NCBI GenBank assembly: GCA_044352155.1
Contig: JBILEK010000004.1
Coordinates: 1 to 62,975, forward strand
Source of the DNA: Bdellovibrionia bacterium
GTDB taxonomy: Bacteria; Bdellovibrionota; UBA1018; JBILEK01
Length of the DNA stretch: 62,975 nucleotides
Reading direction: 5' to 3'
The notes beneath the pieces were generated by a model. The model did no database searches. It saw only the letters and a program-made list of their open reading frames with translations, and was not told where the DNA came from. Positions 24,804 through 33,198 of this stretch are shown piece after piece. The position numbers and the translations under genes are program-made. The first letter of the stretch is position 1. Each line of letters begins with the position of its first letter.

Positions 24804-26986
24804 GCAAAGAGATCCCGGCCAAACTTGAGGACGTTGAAAAAACGATTCTTGCCTATAACTCTGAAGTCGATCTCGAAGTGCTCCGACGCGCATATGCGGT
24901 CGCAGAGAAAGCCCATTCTGAACAAAAGCGTGCCAGCGGAGATCCTTATATCCTCCACCCCACCGCTGTTGCGCTCAATCTCGCTCAAATGCGGATGGAC
25001 ACAGCGTCGGTCATCACAGGACTCCTGCACGATACGGTGGAGGATACGGGACTTACGCTTGAGCAAATCGAAAAAAACTTTGGAAAAGACGTCTCCGAAC
25101 TCGTCGATGGCGTCACGAAGCTCAACAAAATCTCATTCAAAACAAGCGAAGAGAAACAGGCCGAAAACTTTCGCAAAATGATCGTCGCAATGGCCAAAGA
25201 CATTCGCGTGATTATTGTGAAACTTGCAGACCGTCTAAACAACATGCAGACGCTTCAGTACTTACCTCAGCAAAAACAGCGCCTCATCGCTCAGGAGACT
25301 CTTGATATCTATGCTCCGATCGCCAATCGATTGGGCATGAGTCGCATCAAGATCGAGCTTGAGGACCTCTGCCTGCGCTATTTGCATGCCGAGAGCTACT
25401 CAAAACTTGCGCAAAAAATCGCGCGAAAAAAAGGTGAGCGCGAAAAGTACATCGAAGACGTCTGTGCGATTCTTCGCGAGCAACTCAAAGAGTACGACAT
25501 CAAGGCTGAGGTCTCAGGTCGCGCTAAGCACTTCTACTCCATCTTTAAAAAAATGGAGCAACGTCAAGTCGATTTTGACCAAATCAACGATGTCATCGCG
25601 TTTCGTATCGTGGTCGAGAACATCACGGAGTGTTACAAGGCGCTGGGTGTAATCCACGCGACGTACAAGCCAGTGCCCGGACGCTTCAAAGACTATATCG
25701 CTATGCCAAAGGCGAACTCCTATCAGTCGCTCCACACGACCGTAATCGGCCCTCACGGAGAGCGCATCGAGATCCAAATTCGCACCGAGGACATGCACGC
25801 GGTTGCAGAGCAAGGGATCGCAGCCCACTGGTCTTATAAAGAAGGAAAGGGTGACGCCACGACACGCAAGAGCGTCGAGTGGGTCAACCGATTGATGGAG
25901 TGGCAGAAGGATCTCTCAGATCCTAATGAGTTCCTAGAAACCGTCAAAATCGATCTCTTTGAAGAGGACGTGTTTGTCTTTACTCCTAAGGGCGAAGTCA
26001 AACAGCTCTCTCACGGTGCAACTCCGCTCGATTTTGCCTACGCGGTACACACAGACGTAGGCCACCACTGCGTGGGCGCCAAAGTGAATGGCAAGATCGT
26101 GCCCTTGAAACACCGTCTTCACTCGGGCGACACGGTCGAAGTGATCACGTCATCGACCCAGCAACCTTCCAAAGACTGGCTCAAAATTGCGCGAAGCTCG
26201 CGTGCGAAAGCGAAGATCCGTACTTTCATTAAGCAACACGAGCGGGAGCGTGCAAAAGAGCTCGGGACCGAACTCCTGGAAAAGAGTTTCCGGCACTTCA
26301 ACCAAAACTACAACAAGTCTGAAAAGAGCGGCCTGATCCTCAAGGCGGCTCAGTCGATGGGGCTCAAGAGCATTGAGGAGCTCCTGGTTGCCGTAGGTTA
26401 CGGACGCATCCTACCTGAAGACATCGTGCGTGAAGTCGTTCCCAAGGAAGAGCTCGAAAAAACTGCACGAAACGCGAAAGCAGAGGACGAGACTTTCCTT
26501 AAGCGTATTTTCAAATCCGCGTCTAAGCGCTCCGAGTCGCGAAACGCGATCACCGTCGCGAACCTTGATGACGTCCTGATCCGATTTGGTCGCTGTTGCA
26601 CCCCGCTTCCAGGCGACAGCATCATCGGGTTTATCACGCGCGGGCGCGGCGTGACTGTGCATGCGGCAAACTGCACCAAAGCGCTCGACAACGATCCCCA
26701 GCGCCGCGTGGACGTCCGCTGGAACAACATTAGCGTTGGCAAACTCAACCACTCCGTCAAGATCCGCATCTTCGCCAACGATGAGCCAGGGCTGCTCGCG
26801 CTCTTAAGCCAAGCGATCTCCTCGAGTGGTGTAAACATCTCGATGGCCAACATCCGCACCACCAAGGACAAAAAAGCGATTTGCCTCTTTGATGTCGAAG
26901 TCAAAGACACGGCGATGCTCGCGAAGGTCATCTCCACTCTCGAAAGCAAGCACGGGGTCATCTCCGTCGAAAGGACGCGCTCATGA
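24800..26986 (+). CDS. rel: Bifunctional (p)ppGpp synthetase/hydrolase (RelA/SpoT homolog)
   Basis: The HD hydrolase domain (HPTAVA...LLHDTVEDT), synthetase domain ([27 protein letters not shown]), and TGS and ACT regions are all present. The TTG start overlaps the gmk stop (TTGA). Confidence 0.95.
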   Translation: MSKEIPAKLEDVEKTILAYNSEVDLEVLRRAYAVAEKAHSEQKRASGDPYILHPTAVALNLAQMRMDTASVITGLLHDTVEDTGLTLEQIEKNFGKDVSELVDGVTKLNKISFKTSEEKQAENFRKMIVAMAKDIRVIIVKLADRLNNMQTLQYLPQQKQRLIAQETLDIYAPIANRLGMSRIKIELEDLCLRYLHAESYSKLAQKIARKKGEREKYIEDVCAILREQLKEYDIKAEVSGRAKHFYSIFKKMEQRQVDFDQINDVIAFRIVVENITECYKALGVIHATYKPVPGRFKDYIAMPKANSYQSLHTTVIGPHGERIEIQIRTEDMHAVAEQGIAAHWSYKEGKGDATTRKSVEWVNRLMEWQKDLSDPNEFLETVKIDLFEEDVFVFTPKGEVKQLSHGATPLDFAYAVHTDVGHHCVGAKVNGKIVPLKHRLHSGDTVEVITSSTQQPSKDWLKIARSSRAKAKIRTFIKQHERERAKELGTELLEKSFRHFNQNYNKSEKSGLILKAAQSMGLKSIEELLVAVGYGRILPEDIVREVVPKEELEKTARNAKAEDETFLKRIFKSASKRSESRNAITVANLDDVLIRFGRCCTPLPGDSIIGFITRGRGVTVHAANCTKALDNDPQRRVDVRWNNISVGKLNHSVKIRIFANDEPGLLALLSQAISSSGVNISMANIRTTKDKKAICLFDVEVKDTAMLAKVISTLESKHGVISVERTRS

Positions 26987-27573
26987 GAAAGCCTGGGATC
27001 CCCGATAACACGCGGCTTGAGGCGAGTATGTTCCAGATTCTTCGTGAAATCGGCGAAAACCCTAAGCGTGAAGGACTGTTGAGCACTCCAAAACGCTACG
27101 CTAAGTCGATGCGGTTTTTGACCTCAGGATACGACGTCAACCTAAAGGAGATCGTGGGCGAAGGCATTTTTAAGGCCGAAGCAAACGACATCGTGCTCGT
27201 GCGCGATGTGGAACTCTACTCCCTTTGCGAGCATCATTTGCTACCCTTTTATGGCCGCGCGCACGTCGCGTATCTGCCACGAAAAAAAATCTTGGGGTTG
27301 TCTAAAATCCCGCGCGTCGTGGACGCCTATGCCCGGCGCCTACAAGTGCAAGAGCGCCTCACCTCTCAAGTAGCAGATGCGATCGTGGAGCTCATCAATC
27401 CATTAGGAGTTGCCGTCGTGATCGAGGCCTACCACCTATGCATGATGATGCGAGGCGTGGGTAAGCAGAACTCCAAGACCGTCACGAGCAAGATGCTCGG
27501 TGAGTTCCGAAAAAACGGAACAACTCGGCAAGAGCTTCTCCATCTTTTAAACGGAATCAGCCTCTCGAACTAA
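26983..27573 (+). CDS. folE: GTP cyclohydrolase I
   Basis: Motifs [31 protein letters not shown] and HLCMMMRGV. There is an ATGA overlap with rel. Confidence 0.95.
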   Translation: MRKPGIPDNTRLEASMFQILREIGENPKREGLLSTPKRYAKSMRFLTSGYDVNLKEIVGEGIFKAEANDIVLVRDVELYSLCEHHLLPFYGRAHVAYLPRKKILGLSKIPRVVDAYARRLQVQERLTSQVADAIVELINPLGVAVVIEAYHLCMMMRGVGKQNSKTVTSKMLGEFRKNGTTRQELLHLLNGISLSN

Positions 27574-27592
27574 GAGGCACGCTGAAATAGCA

Positions 27593-27622
27593 AAGGGCCG
27601 AGCGCTTTCGAGCTCGGCCCTT
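27593..27622. terminator. Hairpin between convergent folE and small Cys-rich gene
   Basis: An 11-bp stem AAGGGCCGAGC / GCTCGGCCCTT with an 8-nt loop. The T-tracts are poor on both strands. Confidence 0.45.
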
Positions 27623-27649
27623 GGACGGATCTCAAACTAAAAAATCAAA

Positions 27650-27979
27650 TCACTCGCAAACGACAGCTTGGTTTTGAGCACAAGCCATCGTCGCCTCTTC
27701 ACGGCTGATCGGCGCGTTTAAGCGAAGAATGAAAGTCGATCCCGGCGCTATCTCGAGTTGGCAGGAAAGGACACGGCCTTCGGTCGCACAAGGTGCGCTT
27801 GAGAGCACTCCACCTTCTGCCTCGCACTCAGCCTTGGCTTCAGGTGGCAATACTCCAACCGCTTCCATACAAACGGGTTGGCCAGGAATCACACAACTCG
27901 CGATCACAGGAGATGCGCAAGGAGCGGCTTGAGCTTGAGCCGCGAACACGAACGCAAGAACAGACAAAGTCTTCGTCAT
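27650..27979 (-). CDS. Small secreted cysteine-rich protein (hypothetical)
   Basis: Signal peptide MTKTLSVLAFVFAAQAQA. There are 8 Cys in ~90 mature residues. No family recognised. Confidence 0.5.
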   Translation of the reverse strand: MTKTLSVLAFVFAAQAQAAPCASPVIASCVIPGQPVCMEAVGVLPPEAKAECEAEGGVLSSAPCATEGRVLSCQLEIAPGSTFILRLNAPISREEATMACAQNQAVVCE

Positions 27980-28033
27980 GGTTTTAAATTCCCCTTTTAG
28001 TGGGGGCGAGGTATCGCGGCGCCCGGGCTTTGT

Positions 28034-28684
28034 CTAGGCGCGAAACCGGGTCATGAGAGCGCGCTCGGCGTCCTCGCGCCAACTTGGACCTAAGTCCTTG
28101 AAATCCTGAAGACGCGTCATCACTTCGGGCTGAAATCCGCAAGGCGAGATGACGCGAAAGAGCGAAAGATCGTTTGCTAGATTGAGCGCAAGGCCATGCC
28201 AGGTGACCCAGCGGCGCACGGCGATCCCAATGGATGCGATCTTGCGCTCACCCACCCAAACGCCCGTGGCACCGGGCTTCGTGCCCGCTTGCAAGCCGTG
28301 ACCGGCGAGAAACTCCATGAGCACGCGCTCGCACTTGCGCAAAAACCCATCGATGTCGTGGTGCGGGCCAAAGCCCCGACCATCGAGTTTCACGATGGGG
28401 TAAATCACGAGCTGACCTGGCGAATGAAGCGTAAGATCCCCGCCCCGCTCGCTCTCCGCGAACGCTACGTCCTTCGGGAGCGGCCCTAGCAACGGCATCG
28501 CGCGCGGACGCTCCTCGCCCGTGAACTGCAAACCCCTGCCCCGCGTGATGACCGCCGGATGCTCGAGGAGGAGCACCGTGTCCGGAATCTGGTCGTGGAC
28601 GCGTTTCTCCACGAGCTCCATTTGTAACGCACGTGCGTCCTCGTAGGGCGTTAATCCCGGTAGTGAGCGAAACTCCAACTCCAA
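28034..28684 (-). CDS. lipB: Octanoyltransferase (lipoyl(octanoyl) transferase)
   Basis: Motifs LLLEHPAVITRGRG, RGGDLTLHSPGQLVIYPI and KIASIGIAVRRWVTWHGLALN. The TTG start directly abuts the lpd stop. Confidence 0.9.
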   Translation of the reverse strand: MELEFRSLPGLTPYEDARALQMELVEKRVHDQIPDTVLLLEHPAVITRGRGLQFTGEERPRAMPLLGPLPKDVAFAESERGGDLTLHSPGQLVIYPIVKLDGRGFGPHHDIDGFLRKCERVLMEFLAGHGLQAGTKPGATGVWVGERKIASIGIAVRRWVTWHGLALNLANDLSLFRVISPCGFQPEVMTRLQDFKDLGPSWREDAERALMTRFRA

Positions 28685-30127
28685 TCAAACCCTCGCTTGC
28701 GGCGCGGGAGAGGCAGACGGCTTGCGCTGGAAAATGTGGATCGCGTGTCCGAGCGTCGCTTCGGCCGCTTCCATGAGCGTCTCTGGCAGCGTCGGGTGCG
28801 CGTGCACTGTGAGCGCGAGATCCTCGACGTGCGCGCCCATCTCAAGAGCAAGTGCTGCTTCGGCAATCAAGTTCGACGCTTCAGCGCCCACGATATGCAC
28901 GCCCAAGAGGCGGCCTGTCTTCTTGTCGCCGATCATCTTGACCATGCCGTCGGGCTCATTCATCGAAAGAGCGCGACCGTTTGCGGCCATCGGGAACGTG
29001 CCGACCATGACGTCGATGCCTTTGGCTTTAGCCTCGGCCTCGGTGAGGCCCGCGGTCGCGATCTCAGGGTCCGTGAAGATCACAGCCGGGATCGTGACGG
29101 GATCGTAAGCGACTTTTTTGCCCGCGATCGCTTCAGCGGCGACCATGCCTTCTTTCGAGCCTTTGTGGGCGAGCATGGGTTGTCCTGCGACATCACCAAT
29201 CGCATAGATGTGCGGCTGCTTTGTGCGACGTTGAGCATCCACTTCGAGAAAACCCTTCGAGTCCGCGCGAAGTCCCGCGCGCTCCAGCTGCAACTGATCG
29301 GAGTTCGGCGTGCGGCCGATGGTGAGGAGAATCTTATCGACCGTAAGCGTGATGTCCTTGCCCTTTTGCGTGAGCGTGACGTCGAGGCCCTTTTTGCCTT
29401 TTTTCCAAGACTTCACGAGCGTCTCAGTGAGAACACTCACTCCGCGCGCTTCGAGCTTCTTGCGGACGACGCCTGAGATTTGAGGGTCAACCATGCCAAC
29501 CAAGTGTGGTCCGCCCTCAGCGACGTGCACTTTTACGCCGAGCTTGGCAAAATAGGTGCCGAGCTCTAGCCCGATGTAACCGCCGCCGATGCAGAGCATG
29601 CTCTCGGGTTGCTCGGTCAGATTCAGAGCGCTCGTGGAGTCGAGGATGTTCTCGTGATCGACGTCAAAGCCTTTCAGTGCTGCTGGACGCGATCCGTTCG
29701 CGATCACGCAGATCTGGAAGTTGAGCGTAACGGGGCCCGCCGAAGTCTTGATTTCCAAGGTCTTAGGTCCCGTGAACTTCGCGTCACCCTTGATCACGGT
29801 GCAGCCGTTGGCCTTAAGCAACCCGCCGACGCCGCCCGTGAGCTTTTTCACGACGGTTTCTTTCCAGGCGATCATCTTTTTTAGGTCGACCGAGGCGCCT
29901 TTCACCACGATTCCCATTTCGGAAGCATGAGTCATCTTCTCGTAAAGCGAGCTTGCGTAGATCAGCGCTTTTGAGGGGATGCAGCCGCGATTGAGGCACA
30001 CTCCCCCCACCTCGTCGCGGTCGATGACCGTGACCTTCTTGCCGAGTTGAGCAAGGCGGATCGCGCAGACATAGCCGGCAGGGCCGGCACCGAGGACAAC
30101 GACTTCAGCGTTTTGCGTTTGGGCCAT
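28685..30127 (-). CDS. lpd: Dihydrolipoyl dehydrogenase (E3)
   Basis: FAD motif GAGPAGY, redox disulfide GGVCLNRGCIPSKAL, NAD motif GGGYIGLE, and C-terminal HAHPTLPE. Confidence 0.95.
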   Translation of the reverse strand: MAQTQNAEVVVLGAGPAGYVCAIRLAQLGKKVTVIDRDEVGGVCLNRGCIPSKALIYASSLYEKMTHASEMGIVVKGASVDLKKMIAWKETVVKKLTGGVGGLLKANGCTVIKGDAKFTGPKTLEIKTSAGPVTLNFQICVIANGSRPAALKGFDVDHENILDSTSALNLTEQPESMLCIGGGYIGLELGTYFAKLGVKVHVAEGGPHLVGMVDPQISGVVRKKLEARGVSVLTETLVKSWKKGKKGLDVTLTQKGKDITLTVDKILLTIGRTPNSDQLQLERAGLRADSKGFLEVDAQRRTKQPHIYAIGDVAGQPMLAHKGSKEGMVAAEAIAGKKVAYDPVTIPAVIFTDPEIATAGLTEAEAKAKGIDVMVGTFPMAANGRALSMNEPDGMVKMIGDKKTGRLLGVHIVGAEASNLIAEAALALEMGAHVEDLALTVHAHPTLPETLMEAAEATLGHAIHIFQRKPSASPAPQARV

Positions 30128-30151
30128 TTTCTTTGGATTTCCTTACAAAAT

Positions 30152-31420
30152 TTAGAACTGATCCGAGAACAGAAGGACCGGGTTTTCGACGATCTTAATG
30201 AACTCTTTCATAAACTCAGCTGCGATCGCGCCGTCCACCACTCGGTGATCAAGCGAGATCGAGAAGTACGTCCAATCGCGGACTGTGATCTCCTCACGGC
30301 CGTTCGTAGTGAGTGCAACAGGCTTACGGAAGATCTTGTTGAAGCCCAGGATCGCGACTTCCGGGTAGTTGATGATCGGGGTCGCAAACAGACCGCCAAT
30401 CGATCCCGCGTTCGTGAGCGTGATCGTGCCGCCACTGAGATCTTCCATCGTAAGCTTTTTCTTGCGGGCGCGATCAACGACGTCCTGGATCTCGCGCGCA
30501 AGCTGCATCACGGATTTTTGCTCGACGTTCTTGATCACGGGAGCGGTCAGACCGTCTTCGGTCTGCACGGAAAGCCCTATGTTAAAAAAGTGCTTGTAGA
30601 CGAGCTCGCCCTTTTCCTCGTCGAGCGAGGAATTGAGGATCGGGTACTTGCGGAGCGCCTGCACCATCATTTTCATGATGAGCGGGAGGTAGGTGACTTT
30701 TACACCTTGAGCCGCACCCTGCTCCTTCAGTTGCGCGCGCAGAGCGACGAGTTGGGTTGCGTCCGCTTCTTCCACATAAGTGAAGTGGGCGGCATGATCC
30801 TTTGAGAGGCGCATTTTTTCTGAGATCTTCTTGCGAAGCCCCTTAAACGCGACACGCTCTTCACCACCAGACGGATGCATCGGCGCGCGAGCCGGCATGC
30901 TGTGTCCGGCAGAGACCGCGCCCGCTCCGCGCGATTGCGACAGATCTTCGCGGAGTACGCGGCCATGAGGGCCTGAGCCTTGAATGCGGGAGAGATCTAC
31001 ACCCATCTCGCGCGCCGCTCTGCGAGTGGAAGGAGCGGCGAGCACGCGACGATCGACCGAGAGATCACCGACCGATGCGGCGGGCACTGAGGACGGTGCC
31101 ATCGACATCGTTGCGGGAGCTGAAGGGGTCTTGGGAGCCGCCGGTGCCGGAGCGGCGGCCACGGGAGCGGACTTCGCGGCCGAAGCACCCGAGCCTTCAT
31201 ACGTGAGGAGCGTCTGGCCGACATGCACCATCTCGCCTTCTTTTGCAGAGAGGCCTGTGATCTTGCCTGCAAACGGAGACGGAAGCTCAACGGTCGCCTT
31301 ATCGGTCATGATCTCAACGAGCGGTTGGTCGTCTTTGACGGTCTCACCAACGGCCACGCGCCACTTAACGAGTTCGCCTTCGTGAACGCCTTCGCCAAGT
31401 TCGGGGAGTTTAAAGTCCAT
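30152..31420 (-). CDS. 2-oxoacid dehydrogenase E2 dihydrolipoamide acyltransferase (PDH/BCKDH type)
   Basis: One lipoyl domain ([14 protein letters not shown]), a PSBD ([33 protein letters not shown]), and a catalytic domain with [10 protein letters not shown]. Confidence 0.95.
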   Translation of the reverse strand: MDFKLPELGEGVHEGELVKWRVAVGETVKDDQPLVEIMTDKATVELPSPFAGKITGLSAKEGEMVHVGQTLLTYEGSGASAAKSAPVAAAPAPAAPKTPSAPATMSMAPSSVPAASVGDLSVDRRVLAAPSTRRAAREMGVDLSRIQGSGPHGRVLREDLSQSRGAGAVSAGHSMPARAPMHPSGGEERVAFKGLRKKISEKMRLSKDHAAHFTYVEEADATQLVALRAQLKEQGAAQGVKVTYLPLIMKMMVQALRKYPILNSSLDEEKGELVYKHFFNIGLSVQTEDGLTAPVIKNVEQKSVMQLAREIQDVVDRARKKKLTMEDLSGGTITLTNAGSIGGLFATPIINYPEVAILGFNKIFRKPVALTTNGREEITVRDWTYFSISLDHRVVDGAIAAEFMKEFIKIVENPVLLFSDQF

Positions 31421-32429
31421 GGTACTGTGCTCCTTCAGGGGTTTGCGAATTCCGGATTAAACCTTCCATAAAAAACTCTGCCGCTTTGTAGCTGGAGCGC
31501 ACGAGCGGGCCCGAAGCCACGTAGAGGAATCCGTGCTTCTCCGCGGCCTCGCGCTCCGCTTCAAACTCATCCGGGGAATAGAACTTCTCAACCGGCAAGT
31601 GCTGCATCGAAGGCCGCAAGTATTGGCCGAGGGTGAGCACGTCGACTTCGAAATCCCTAAGATCCGCGTACGCTTGCTCGAGATCTGCGCGCGTCTCGCC
31701 TAAGCCCAGCATGATTGAGCTTTTGGTGTAGAGATTTTGCCCGCGCTCTCGTGCGATGTTTTTCGCGGCCCGGAGCGTGAGGAGCGATTGCGTGTATCCG
31801 GCGCGCGGATCGCGCACGCGGTACTGGAGGCGCTCGGGTGTCTCGATGTTGTGAGCGTAAACGTCAAGACCTGACTCAACCACCGTTTGGATCGCATCGA
31901 GATCACCTTTGAAATCCGGCACAAGGGCCTCAACTAAGATGCGCGGATCGCGGCGCTTGATCTCACGAATCGTCTCAGCGAAGTGGGCGGCTCCACCGTC
32001 CGGCAGATCGTCGCGATCGACCGAAGTGAGAACGACGTATTTGAGCTTTAAGACCACGATGCTCTCCGCAACGTGCGCGGGCTCAGCGGGATCGAGCGGC
32101 GGAGGACGGCGCGCGGTCTTGATCGCGCAGAAACGACACGCGCGCGTGCAGGTGTCGCCGCCCAACATGAAAGTCGCAGTTCCCGTCGACCAGCACTCGG
32201 CGACGTTCGGGCAATGCGCTTCTTCGCAGACGGTGTGAAGCTTACGCTCGCGAAGCAGGCGCTTGATCTCGCGGTACGCCTCACCGCCGGGGGGACGGAT
32301 CTTAAGCCACTCGGGCTTTTTTGAGGCCGCGATCTGCATGGCTTTTGAGGGCGAGATCGGGCGCAGCTCCTCCTCGGAGCTCGGGGCAGGCGCGGTGCTC
32401 AGCACCGGGAGTTCGCGGATAAAAGCCAT
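31410..32429 (-). CDS. lipA: Lipoyl synthase (radical SAM)
   Basis: Cys clusters [13 protein letters not shown] and CTRACRFCA. The 3' end overlaps the E2 start by 11 nt. Confidence 0.95.
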   Translation of the reverse strand: MAFIRELPVLSTAPAPSSEEELRPISPSKAMQIAASKKPEWLKIRPPGGEAYREIKRLLRERKLHTVCEEAHCPNVAECWSTGTATFMLGGDTCTRACRFCAIKTARRPPPLDPAEPAHVAESIVVLKLKYVVLTSVDRDDLPDGGAAHFAETIREIKRRDPRILVEALVPDFKGDLDAIQTVVESGLDVYAHNIETPERLQYRVRDPRAGYTQSLLTLRAAKNIARERGQNLYTKSSIMLGLGETRADLEQAYADLRDFEVDVLTLGQYLRPSMQHLPVEKFYSPDEFEAEREAAEKHGFLYVASGPLVRSSYKAAEFFMEGLIRNSQTPEGAQYHGL

Positions 32430-32461
32430 CCCCCCGGACTTATCTCAGATGCCGAGGGGGG
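32430..32461 (-). promoter_or_regulatory. GC hairpin abutting the lipA start codon (possible RBS-occluding structure)
   Basis: On the lipA strand, CCCCCCTCGG (loop of 14 nt) CCGGGGGG is immediately followed by ATG. It forms a 9-bp stem with one bulge, and the only purine-rich SD-like run is inside the stem. Confidence 0.3.
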
Positions 32462-32616
32462 ACAATGACAACTCCACTCTTTGTGCGTAGCGTTATCTCT
32501 CGTCACGGCTTGCAGCCATCGAAACTGCTCGCAAGCGCAGCTTTGCGCTTGTCAGGACGAGGCGCCTGAAGCTCATGACCGCACGCACCAAGCCCGGACC
32601 GGCTCGTCAAACACTT

Positions 32617-32646
32617 CGGGCTTCAGTGATCGCTCACTGAAGCCCG
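32617..32646. other. Perfect 13-bp hairpin in lipA upstream intergenic region
   Basis: CGGGCTTCAGTGA (32617-32629), loop TCGC, then TCACTGAAGCCCG (32634-32646). It lies 40 nt downstream of the Met-rich gene stop, with no adjoining T-run on either strand. Confidence 0.6.
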
Positions 32647-32650
32647 AGTG

Positions 32651-32666
32651 GAGAGAGAGAGAGAGA
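32651..32666. repeat. (GA)8 dinucleotide microsatellite, intergenic
   Basis: GAGAGAGAGAGAGAGA is read directly at 32651-32666. Confidence 0.9.
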
Positions 32667-32685
32667 ACAGGACAGGAAAAATTTT

Positions 32686-33042
32686 TTAGCGCGCTCCGGA
32701 TGCAAAGTTCGGAATCACAGGAGAGTTCTGAAAAGGCTCATCACCCATTTTGTACACTGGCGCATACTGAGACACGGCAAACTCTGGGAGTATAAACTTA
32801 TGACCCTCGGCCATAAACGGAGCTCCAACACCCTCAGGCGCCATCATCGTCGGGATCATCCAATGTGACATCGAAGAGATGTCTTTGACTTGCATCTCAC
32901 GTGGGTTAGGCATGGCTGCGATCTTCGCCATGATCTCCATCATGCTCACCGGCATGACGCTCGGAAGAGCGAACGCCGATGAACTCACACACATCATCAC
33001 CGCTACTGCAAACGTACTGCTTTTTGAGCTCATCGGGTTCAT
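32686..33042 (-). CDS. Secreted methionine-rich protein (hypothetical; possible Cu(I)/Ag(I)-binding)
   Basis: Signal peptide ...VSSSAFA. There are 16 Met in 118 aa, with 11 between aa 30 and 76 (VMPVSMMEIMAKIAAMPNPREMQVKDISSMSHWMIPTMMAP). Confidence 0.5.
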   Translation of the reverse strand: MNPMSSKSSTFAVAVMMCVSSSAFALPSVMPVSMMEIMAKIAAMPNPREMQVKDISSMSHWMIPTMMAPEGVGAPFMAEGHKFILPEFAVSQYAPVYKMGDEPFQNSPVIPNFASGAR

Positions 33043-33198
33043 CTCAATTTGTCTTTCTTATCCTTGCTTATCCTTGGTCAAATCGACGTTCCACTTGAAG
33101 GTCGGGACCCACTTGAGCAACGCTTGGGCCAGGCATTTTTTGCCTCCTTTTGTGCTGTATTTGAGTTTAGCGCCCAAAGCTGTCTAAGACTTTGACAG

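Noticed and set aside
26398-26961. 187-aa and 113-aa minus-strand ORFs within rel
   Set aside because: They are antisense shadows of a clearly coding RelA/SpoT gene. They show no motifs and no start context.
28697-30805. Long plus-strand ORFs (28697-29476, 259 aa; 30047-30805, 252 aa; several of 70-130 aa) inside the lpd and E2 genes
   Set aside because: They lie antisense to genes with unambiguous enzyme motifs. Their translations are Arg/His/Asp-rich low-complexity sequence with no RBS. These are typical shadow ORFs of GC-rich coding DNA.
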